Source: Lytechinus pictus (lineage: Eukaryota). From it: a DNA stretch of 64,000 bases. Positions 38,701 through 50,700 of this stretch are shown here, one piece after another. Made by a program: the position numbers and the translations under genes. The notes beneath the pieces were generated by a model. The model worked only from the letters and a program-made list of their open reading frames with translations. It was not told the origin of the DNA and did no database searches. Position 1 is the first letter of the stretch, and every line of letters starts with the position of its first letter. The stretch covers positions 28,150,001-28,214,000 of the forward strand of contig NC_087245.1 in assembly GCF_037042905.1 (NCBI RefSeq), given 5' to 3'.

Positions 38701-41700
38701 TATCACATACATTCGTAATTCCGAAGCTTCATTATTCCGAAGGTTCGTTAGTCCGAGAACGAAGTGAGGTTAGGGTTAGTTTTCGTTCGTTTTCGGACTA
38801 ACGAACCTTATTTCGTTTTCGGATTAACGAACCTTCGGAACAACGAACCTTATTTCGTTTTCGGATTAACGAACCTTCGGAACATCAAACCTTATTTCGT
38901 TTTCGGATTGTCGAACCTTCGGAATAACGCCCCAAATGTTCGGATTAACGAACTCTTTTACGTTTTCAGATTAACGAACATCGAGGTATAGGCATAAGGC
39001 AATTTACGTGTTTCGGAATTACGGACCTTCGGAATTACGAAGTGTAACCTTTTTTATGGCCTAGGGCTTTTTTAATTTAGGCCTTGCATTAAACACTTCC
39101 ACATAATAGATCTACCTTCCTCTATTTTTTCCCACAAGAAAAAAAATCCTCTCAATTTTTTTTTTTTTAAAGTCTGTCTATAACTTGCCTCCCTTCTTTT
39201 CCCTTTGCCTGCCCTGGGAAAGACTGAAAAATTTGCTGTTTCGGAGGAATTTTTAAATTTTTTTTTGGGGGGGGTAGGCTAGGTAGAACAAAAAAAAAGA
39301 AACAGCATTTCTACTAGAAAGCATTACATTAATATTTTCTTTATTAGCATTATCACAGACATTGCTCTAAATATCTGTTCTCTTGTAATAGTCTAGGTGA
39401 TTGGTGAAAAAAATGTTCAGAAAATGGTACAAGCATGAAAATCGGCACAAATGTATAGTAAGTTATCCTAAACATTTTTAGCAGGGGGTGCCAACGTGAA
39501 TTCACCAAACATAGCAACAGTTGCTAGGTAACATATTTACCTTAGTAACTGAGCTTAATTGGGCTTGAGAAGCATTTTCACAGGCGATATGTCATACAAA
39601 TTTTAATCTAAAGCAAGTTCCTTTGTATCACAATAGTTTTGATCCATTTATTCATAACAACGGTTGCTAAGTGACCCTCTTCCGTAGCAACAAATTCTTT
39701 ATCTTAGTTAAGATCATTATAATTTACTCAGAATAGCTCAGAAATTAAATCTGGCCCATGAATTCCTCATCTTATGAATGTTTCCGTAGGTAGACACAAT
39801 GAGCACCATAGCAACCGTTACTAAGTAACATTTTCCACAGTAACCAATTATTATAGGGTATCTTTTTTATGATTATAATTTCTATGAATCGCATCTGTTT
39901 TATTAAAGCATTAATACATTAATCACAACAACCCAATAACAATACCATGTATACAAGCCCATGCGAAGTACCAATTGCTAAGTAATATGTTTTCTGTAGC
40001 AACCAATGGTTAAAGGCCGTAAGGTAAGATTATTGATATGTGTAAATGATAGAGGTACTAAAAGATGCTTAAAAAGTAAAACCTTGCACAAATTAAACTA
40101 CCTCATGATATGGTTCATATTTCCAAAGACGATGTCTATGGGTTCCATATTATTGATATAATAATACCTATTGCATGTTAAAAGAACCTCACCAATATTT
40201 ATCCATTTGGAAACCATAATTATTATGGATTAACCTAAACATATGTTAAAGATCGACCTTAGGAAATAATTCCACAATATCAACATTTAGCAAGAGGTCA
40301 CTCTTGTAGAAGAACGGTTACAAGAGCTCCCTAGGAGGTCATGGGTACTTACAACATAAATATCTCTGATCCTGAAGAGACAAAAGAATGACCACCAAGA
40401 ATCGATTGAGTCAACTAAGTTTAGAATTATTTCAAACACCAAAAACTTGCCAGAAGTTAATTTTCAAATGAGTGCTTGGATACCACTTTATCCCTTGCTA
40501 ACAGTAGTCGGTCTCTTGAGAGCCAACACACTTTGCCTTGGTTTACCCACTCCCTTCCGTAGTCTGCAATGAAGATATTAGTTCTTCATGCCATTCCCAA
40601 ACCGAATGCCATGGGCAGGAGCTGATTTTGACCAGGCGTTTTGACTTGGATCAATCCTGCGCAGCTGCGGGATCTATCATGACGTGAAAGGTTTGTTAGA
40701 ATCGATTGGGACCATTCAGTTCCATTTCTGGCCTGTTGGCCTGGATCCTGCAGCTACATGATCTATCATGACTTCTGCAGAAGCTGATTTGGACCTGTTA
40801 CTTCCGATTCCAGGTGTTTTGACCTGGAACAATCCTACAGCTCCATGATCTATTATGACGTGACAGATCTTGCAAGAGTTGATTTGGACCCGTCAGTTCC
40901 GTTCCTATATAGGCATGCTGGCCTGGATCCTGGAGCTAAATGACTTGATCCTGCTGAAGTTCATTTGGACCTGTCCGTTCTTTTCCCAGGTGTTTTGACC
41001 TGGAACAATCCTGCAGCTCCAGGATTTGTCATCACGTGAAAGATTTCGCAACTGTTGATTTGGACTAGCCAGTTCTATTTTCAGGCGTGCTGGCCTGGAT
41101 CCTGCAGCTGAGGGATCTATCATGACTTGAAAGCTTGTGCAGAAGTTGATTTGGACCTGTCCATTATTTTTCTAGGTGTTTTGACCTGGATCAATCCTGC
41201 AGCTCCAGGACTTAGCATCAATTGAAAGAGCTGTTAGATTCGATTTAAACCATTCACTTCCGTTTCCAGGCGTGTTTGTCTGGATCCTGCAGCTACATGA
41301 TCCATTGTGACTTCTGCAGAGGTTGATTTGGACCTGTCAGTTCCTATTCCAGGTGTTTTGACCTGGATTAATAATGTAGCTCTGGGATCTATCATGACGT
41401 GAAAGATCGTGCTAGAGTTTATTTGGACTTGTCCGTTCTGTTTCCAGGTGTTTTGACCTGGGTCAATCCTGCAGCTCCAGGATCCATGACTTGAAAGCTC
41501 GTGTAGAAGTTGATTTGACCTGTTAGGTTAGTTCCAATTGCAGGTATTTGGCCGGGATCCTGCAGCTTCAAGATCGATCATGACTTGATAGATCTACATG
41601 TATGCGCATCTGAATTTGTCACCTCGTATGTGAAGCACTTGTGATATCAGGTTGGCTGGATGTGATCCATACTCGCCCACAGAACAGTAGCATGGAGTTC

Positions 41701-44700
41701 TGATATGCTTCTTCCTTCCATATACCGCCAACTCAGATGGATATGATTCTGCTGATGTCACTACCACCTTGTCTCGTAATCTAATTTCCTTATGGAGAGA
41801 ATTTTTTCTTACACTTTGATTGATGAACAATTAATTGTCCCACCGGAGAGGATGATGACTGTAACTTTCTTGATGTATTCCTCTGTTGCCTCTGATATTC
41901 CTTGTCGAGCATACTGCATGCTTCACAGTGGTCTTGCTTTCCCGTATTGATGATTAACCCAGACAGTCTTAACTTAAATTTTGGAAAAATATATGCCCTA
42001 CTTTGAGAAGGCATGTGCGACACATAAAATGTACGTTCGATTAATTCGCTAGAATTGTACCCAAAGTCCTAAGCTATTGGAAACCTACAGTGTAAATATA
42101 AATCATTTATTTTCCTTCATCATCTAGAAAATATTGCAAAATATCATGTCAATTATGTAAATGACTTATGATAAAATAAAAGAGATACATACAGTGGCAA
42201 TTGCTTCTAGTAATCTTGGGATTAGAATCATTAGTTGGTTTTTTTTTAAAGATGCTCAAATATAATGGGCAAGAATGATGAAAGAAGTCATTCCAAGTAG
42301 GTTGGAACCAACACCTTTACATTGCTTTCAATTTTCCAACCATACTTTTTGATGACCTGGTACAACATACAATATCTTGCATATTACCGCTTCATCTTCA
42401 TGATTTGTAGGATGCGGCGTTAATGATTAGTGTCAATTACAGAGATAACCATTTCTCTTAGAAGATTTTGTTGTATAATCGACAAATGTTCTGCTTCGTG
42501 ACATACATGTATTCACAAGTAGTACATGTACAGTCGATGCTTGAAGCTGTTTCAGATCTACTGTACATGCTATACAGTGAACAGACAGTCAATGATGCTT
42601 GAGGCTGTTTCAGGTCTACTGTGCATGCTATGTATAGTGCACATACAGTCAATGATTCTTGAGGCTGTTTCAGGTGTACTTTATATGCTATACAGTGAAC
42701 ATACAGTCAATGATGCTTGAGGCCGTTTCAGATCTACTGTACATGTACATGCTCTTCAAGTCGGTCAATAATATCAAATATTTACTGACAAGTAAGTGTG
42801 TGGGCATTAATCCACTTCTTCCCAATGAAGCTTTGTCATTTGGGAGCGATTAGTTCATATCAATCACATTTTAGCTTCCCCTAAAATTTCAGTGTCTTTC
42901 CCAGTGTTCCATGTACATCCACTACAATACCCTGTCACATTTTCATAACAGGCGAGATCCTAATAATTATTAGATAGTAAGTACATTCAATGACCCGGTG
43001 ATGATTTTTGTGAGTGTGTAAGCTTTGTCATGTATGAGTAAAAAGTATGAAGAAATATGATCAAATCATATATATCAAAATTAGGTTTCTTATCTAGATA
43101 CGATAATTATGCAGATATTATAATTATTTGGACAGCTTCTAATTTTTTCAGGCTAATGAGATAGTTTTTACTCCCAGGTTTCATACTTTGACCAATTTTC
43201 ATTCAAATATTATGACCAGATGTTGTATTCAGGAATATTATATATAGTTGCTATGGAAAATGTGTTGCTTAGCAACTGTTGCTGTACATGATTGGAACGT
43301 TGCTTGATATGTGATTGTAAAATTGGCGCTTAGAAGTCAAAATATAGTTTTTAAAATGAAGATAACACCCCAAAATGGTGGTTGCTAAGGTAAATATGTT
43401 ATCTAGCAACTGTTGCTATACGAAGAGAGATCAGGTTGGCACCCCTTGCTAAAAATGTTCAGCACTGTTTACTCTACCTGTCAGCCAAATTTCATGCTTG
43501 TACCATAATCTGAACAATTCTTGCTACTTTTTGCACCGATCATCCAGACTATAAGAGCCCTTTGGGCATGCCTGAGCACAACGTACACCATTCTTAACAA
43601 TGAAAAACCCTTTACAGTGTCAACTTGACGCTCCCCCATGACCAGCGTCAAATATTTAACCCTATTTGACGCTCCAGTAACCATACTTGTCGCTCCAGTA
43701 AAAAGTTGACGCTCCTACTGGAGCGTCAACTTTTTATGAAATGCGCTGCAGCGTCAAATATTTAATTTGACGCTGCAGGTGAAAATTTGACGCTGTTTTG
43801 GGACTTGACGCTGACGCTGTACCTTTATGAAATAGGCCCCAGATGGAGGAGAGCAGGAGGGTTGGGTTTAGGGAGGAGGATGTATTGAATAGAGTAAAGT
43901 GGCGAGAGGGGGTGACGGTGAATTTTTTTTTGGTGCCAGGTGAATCGAGCCACCCCTATAACAGCGACTTGAAACCTGGATTACTACTACTTCTTCTAGG
44001 CTAAGCTCGATCCTGTTTGGATCATCCACCTGTCCAACCTGTTTTTGCTCTCATGATGACTAAGAAACTGTTGATAGACGGATCAACTTAAAAACTTGGC
44101 TAAAATATGCATATAAGAATGCCACAGGTCCATGGGGTTTCTCGCAAAGTTATAGTGTGTGTGACTGAAAGTAAAGGTCATGCTTAAATTTGTAATAGCA
44201 TGCCGTATGAAACACATCACCGCATTGGTCAATTTATGCTTCAAGGACGTGTGCTACATGTATTGTGTATTAATCAATGGGATTGCATGTTGAATATCAT
44301 GTGTGCATTGGCACTAAGTTTGACTATAAGTCAGAATTTAATCATTGTGAAATTCCCCTTTGATTAGTTTTGGGGGTACTGAGTTTAAAGTTCATTGGTC
44401 ACAGGGGTACCCTGAAAGATATCATTCTATCAAGAATTGAAAATTCTTTGGAAGATCAACTCTAAAATCGGCTGATGTGTGCATTTGGAAGCGATGGTGT
44501 TCTGATTATATTCTCTAGGTCACATGGTCAAAGTAGTCATCATATATTTCTGATCTGGCAGTATCGAGGCGTAAATTTTGACTGCAAAATCCACCTTGTT
44601 GAATTTGAATTAATGAGACTCATTCGATAAAGCTTCCTCTTTCAAATTTGACAAGTTGGTATCAGTATCGAGTAGGGCCCTGTCTTATAAAGAGTTATGA

Positions 44701-47700
44701 TCATTGAAATCAATTCTCAAAGTTGAGGATTGATTTTTTATTAGTTGAAAATCACTTGCAACCTTTTATAAGACAGGGACCTTGCATTTAAAGTGTACAC
44801 AAAATATTTTTTTTTAGAAAGTAAAAGCACGCAGCCCCACCAGCATTAATTACCATCCATTTATGATTTACAAGTGGATAATGGATAAAAAACAACGTCA
44901 GTATACAGTGAAAAGGTCAGAGGTTACTTAGGAATGCTTTATAGTTTTGTGTTGTACATGGCTATATGATAATGTCATGATAGGTGTATAACATGTGTTA
45001 CATGTGCTTGCATTGCTCAATCAACTACATACAAACATATCCTAAAACCATATTTGATTGTTTTCTTGTCATTTTTGTAGCCTGAAGATGATGTGAAAGT
45101 AAAACGGAAGCACAAGGAAAAGGGACCAAGGTTTACCCACGACAATGATCCTCCTGTAAGTACGATATTGCTGCTTTCAGGTGTACAATTTTTGTGAGTT
45201 TTTCTTTTAAAAAAATATTTATTTTTTTAGTTTTGCAGTTGTCCCAAAATGCCACTAATTTGACACTTTAGTTATTTGTGTGTTAAAGTGTTTATTTGAT
45301 GTCCTTTTTGGGTAATTCAATGTAAAAAGAAAAAACTCCTCCACCCCCGTGAACACCCCACCCAAACATTTTCAGACTTTTAAGGATACCCTGTGGTAAA
45401 CCTGTTTTAACATGAATCAAATGTACCCTAGTAGCCTAAGGGAATGACAGGATCCAAGTCATATGTTAAGTTAATGCTTTAGTTCTTGTTGTTGAAAATC
45501 TTTTGATATTTTTCCATCTACTTTTCATGAAATTGCCAAAGCTTTTTTTCCATGGACATGTGTTTTTAGTGAAAAGGCTCATTATTAAATGGAGCTTTAA
45601 CTGAGATTTTTTGCAGTGGTTTTGATTTTTTTGCTGTTTTGGTTTTCTAAAAAAACTTTTCCTGTCCACTGGTTGTTTTCCATTTGCAAAAGTTACCAAT
45701 TAAGTTTGATCTTTGTGTGTGCTGTTCTGTAATAAGAGATATTTATGGGATATAAATAAAGAGAAGAAAAGAGCATTTGCTTTTGTGTGAGGTTGGAATT
45801 TGATTTTTTTAAACTTAGCCTAAATAATAATGATTAAATTGAAATTATTTCTATTCAGTTGTTTTACAATACACCCACGTCCTTCTTTGATCATTGCTTT
45901 TCACCCTTTTGAAGCAAGCCTCTATTTCTGGAGTATTTTTAGATTAATGCACAGATTCACAATAATCAATCAAATTTGATATTCCAAATGGGAGGCCGAA
46001 AATGTTTTGTTATTTACATGTAGGAAAATTTTACTGTATTGTAATTATTCATATCAAATTGTAGTGAAAGTACAATTGGGCCTCAAAATGTGAAAAAAGA
46101 TTTATATTCCTTGTTTAGTTTTCACTCATATGAAAAGCATTTGTGGGTTGCCATATATATATTCATATAATCTTGCATAAATTTACAAATAATTTTTTTT
46201 CTAATGTTGTGTGGCAAATGTCATTGAGCAGTTGTCACTCAATAATGCATGATAATGTATGTTACAATATCTCATATGTATATTCTATTTGTCACTTTTC
46301 TATTCTACCAATCATATATTGCAATGAAATTAGATTTGAAATTAGTTTAGAAAACATCATTCATAATGTAGACATTGCAGTATATTTTTTTTGCAATCAT
46401 TATAAGATAAATATTAGCAGCATAATAATAATAATACTTCATATATACCTGCATATACTGTTACTACACCTCTACAGATATTTATATGATTCTCACTACT
46501 GTCTAATTCACTTTTAAAGAATAGTTTCATGCTTTTGATAATCATACTACAGATTTACATGTATCTCTCCACTCAGTTAGGCCAAACAAGCATATGGAGT
46601 GAAAAAAGTTTTGTTTAAATTTAGATCATGTATGGCACTTGCTACTTTTGATAAACAGATGTTCAGAGCTTATTGAGGTGTCAAATTACACTTTGAGTCC
46701 ATTTTCTTCAAAGATTTTTTATAACTCATGCAGGAATTATATCAAATGAAATAGCATTTAATAATAAAGCTATGTGTTATTTGTTATATTTGTCCAATGA
46801 AGGATAAATAATTCTCAGCGGTTTTTTTTCTGGGTCACACTGTACTGTATAATTTATTAGGTGTTGGAAAATAGTAAAGTTTCTTGATTTTGAAAGTGTG
46901 TGAAAGTGGTTATGGGTTTAGGGATGCTGTCTTCCAACTTAAGGATGTGCATTAACTTTGATGTTGTTTCTAAATTTTAAAACCAAAGAAAAAGAAGCCG
47001 AAGAAGAAGAAGAAGGTAGTGAGGATTCTATCCCCCTCCCTTACCCCTTCTTCCCCTCCCCGAGTCCAAAAGACCCGGAGACACAAGGTGAGAAAGAATA
47101 GCGGACTAATCCCAGGGAACTTTAATGTGTGCACACTACTACACCGTCAATAACACCGTTATGTTGTGAAGAACTGTGTTTTTGGCAACCCAGGCACCAT
47201 TTAACAGGGTCTACCATATCATCAATTTACTGTGATTTTTTTTTCTAGGTGTTTGTTCCCCACTTGTGTTCAGTCATCTAACTTGTATACATTCATATCA
47301 GTGGTGGCAGGGAACTGACCTTCAAAATGAATCTATTTTTAGTCAGTTATGAGATAAGAGACTTTTGAAGACAATTTAGTGCAGCAAAAAGTTAAATTGA
47401 TAAACCAGTCATACATATTAACTACAACACACAGCAATGCAAGGTTTATGTATTTTCATTGGTTTTCATCTACATGTATTTTTGCGTGAAAGCAAGTCAA
47501 ATTTAACATGTTTCAAAAATAAAAGCTTCATTGTGCTTTTCACCGGCCTCATCAAGTCTGGGACATCAAGTGTTATCAATTTAACTTCTTAGTGATAAGT
47601 GTTGTTAGTGTTATTTTATCCTGATTCATGTGCAAATTATAAAAGAAAAATTGAATTTGTAATTAATCAATTTTGATATGAACAAACCTATTTAATCACT

Positions 47701-50700
47701 ATCCTCTTGACACATTCAGATCAGTATGAAGTACAATAAACCAATTTTTTATAATCCTGATAATTTGGGATTTTCTCAAGCAAAATTTGCATAAAGCTTG
47801 CATTGTCGTGCTTTGTCGCTTACAAGGTTTTGATTGGTCAATTCCACTTGTAGCTCCAGTTGGGGTCGATTATTGATTTTCTTCCTCATCCCATTGTCAT
47901 TATACGGATTTATGTGCAAAATAGAATATTACTGGTAACACTGTAATCACTTAACATTACACACATGGGAATTCAGAAGGTTGACAAGTAATTTTAATGT
48001 TTACATACATGTACTATTTATGGGGGTTTTAATGGCATTTCATTGTGATGACCTGTAAGGGTTGTCTTGAGGATTTAGCAAGAAAATATCAAGGAAAATA
48101 TTGCAAGTGGCTCAGGGCTAATTTGCCCCGAAATTCCCTCACGATCACAGGAAAACTATTTTAAAAAGAGCCCCTGGAATTTCCATCTAAATAATGTCAT
48201 TTTGAATACCATGTATCAAGTTTAGGCTGATGAGCTTAAAAAAAGGTAGTCCCAGAAAGTTTGCGTCAGTATTTTTTTTTTGCCTAGGGAATATTTGCAA
48301 TCAGTTGCAGATTTCCATTGCAAGTTTACAATTGATAGATCAATGCTAGATTTGCTATCAATTGTAAGCTCCATTCAAGCCCAATTAGTTTACTTTGATG
48401 AAGACCTGGTGAGGCAGTGCTAACTCTATCATATGATGACAATCATCTTTATTTTCTTTAGGGATGCAAATCTTTTTCTTGTCTGTCATGATCATAAATA
48501 AGAACTTCTGGAATTCAATGTATCAGTTTGGATTGTATTTATTAAGGGAATAGTAATTTTCAATCATGTACTATGTAACACTGCTACCTGAAGTTCATGT
48601 CGTAGGATTCTCATCTAATGAAAATAATTCCATTTTGAATAAAGAGCATTGTGGGTATTAATTGGCGTGCTAATGACTGTATTTATGAGGAGTGAATTTA
48701 TACTGCATGCTAATTCATGTAATTTACTATATATGTTTTTTTATTATTTATGTGTGCATATATATACATTATCTATTAAAAGTTGATGGTATAACAATGT
48801 ACATGTAATAATGCATAAATTACTAAAATAATCATGGAGGAATCGCTTTCTCAGAAGAGGATTTTCATCAGTAATGATAACTCATATCTGCACATTACTG
48901 TGGGCTATAACTCATACATCATCAATACATATGTTTATATATGTTCATATGTATTTTGTTCCATTGCTTACATACTTATTTCATTATATAATGAGTTCCT
49001 AAAAGAAAGAACTCTGAATTTAAGTATTATTAGTCCTTCACTTTGCATGTATCATAAATAACAGTATACAAAGTTATTACACTGAAAGAAAATTATATCA
49101 TAATATTCATAGCATGGAATACATTTGTTTCACTGAATACAAAACTTTGAACAATTAAACTTTATATTATCATTTTGGCTCTTTGAGTGAATGTACTTTT
49201 ATAGAAATCATGTTATTTAATGAGGAAATAAGTATAAAACCCCATGGAATATTGCAGATAATGATGTTAGGTAAAGTAAACAACTTGCCTTTCATGTTCA
49301 ATTTTGCAAGCTAAAAATGTTTTCATAAAACAAATAAAAGAAGTTTATGACTAGAAACAAATCTTGTTGCTTTTCATGAAATCAAATCCAAAGCCTTTTA
49401 AGTTGAATAATCTATCATTTGTTATTCACTAATATATAATGACTAATTGAATTCCAGTATGCTAATATTTTTTCACTGAATGCGAATATCTGATGTCAAG
49501 TTTTCTGTGTATCTGTCAATATCTGTATTCAGCCGGAGCCGGAGAAGAAAAAGCGTAAAGAAAAGGGACCAACATTCCATGCTGATGGCGAACCCGAACT
49601 GGTGAGTATTCAACTTTGTGCTTCCAGGGCTTGGTCTCACAAAAGTTATGAGCGATTAAATCGATCTTAACTCTGGAAAACCATTGATGTCATAATATTC
49701 AATCTAGGAGATGTATGTTTGTAAACAATAAGGCCAATGAGTCGATGGAGCTTATCGGGGTATGTAGTTGTCATATCCAGAGAACAACTGAATGAAATTG
49801 AGCTTCCAAAGTCATTTAAAAGTGTACACAATCGGCGTATGTGTATCGGCATGATATCGGCATGATGCAGTGGGAGTATAACAAAAGTAAAAGTACATTT
49901 AATAGTATGCATGCGCATATAAAGATTAGCCTATCATACAAAAAAAAAATGCGTGTAAATAAAATGGACAAATGTGTTCCAGGGGCTTCATTTTATTTTT
50001 AAGAATAGCTATGATGGTAATTTTGCCATTATGTTAACTACCATGGAAACCTTGATTTTGATATATGCTGCTGAACCCTGTTACCATGTTAGTTACCATA
50101 ATGGTAAAGTTTTGATAATCCCAAGTCTTTTATGAAACTGACCCTGGATGATAGTACCACTGTCTTTCAAATGTTTACTGGAATCAATCAAATCTCTTTG
50201 TGAGATGGGACCCAAATACAATATTTGTTTAATGTGTGAAAATCCATCAGCCAATAAGGCTGCAATTTTCATTCTTGTAAATATTCTCATTAAAATGTCT
50301 AGAAATGATTAATTGCAAGTGAACACATATAGATATGGCATATTAAGTTCATGTCAGTTAATGAAAGATATATAGTGTTGTCTAAACTGAATTTTGTGAA
50401 CAGATATCAATTTTTACAACCGTTTAGTTGGTGGGATGTTTGCAAGGGTTTAATTCCAAAATCTTACTGTCTGGTTAGTTCCCACTTAATCAAAATGGTT
50501 TAACATTAAAGGTTTTTAGCAGTACGACATTTTTTATAACTTCCATGTAATTCATTTGCTAAGTAAGTGAGTGCATAGCAGAGTTTTATCTGAATTTTAG
50601 CATATCATGTGAATAATCCACATTAAGATATCTCTCTTTGTATTAGAAATATCAGAAACACGTTTTTTAAGTAAAATCTTTTTTAGATTTGTGGTTAGTT

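Larger units (their letters stand above)
39389..43551. mobile_element. Academ-like non-autonomous DNA transposon (~4.2 kb)
   Basis: TAGTCT...AGACTA termini; >100-bp imperfect TIRs; 3-bp TSD TAA; subterminal TAGCAAC/GTTGCTA repeats. Confidence 0.7.
37725..43839. mobile_element. 6.1-kb non-autonomous PIF/Harbinger element carrying nested inserts
   Basis: TIR GGGCCCATTTCATAAAG / CTTTATGAAATAGGCCC; 3-bp CAG TSD; the flanks rejoin into a continuous RTE-like 3' end. Confidence 0.75.

Noticed and set aside
41594..42023. Transposase remnant inside the Academ-like element
   Set aside because: Short, frameshifted Cys-containing fragments with no recognisable catalytic motif; needs tblastn to decide.
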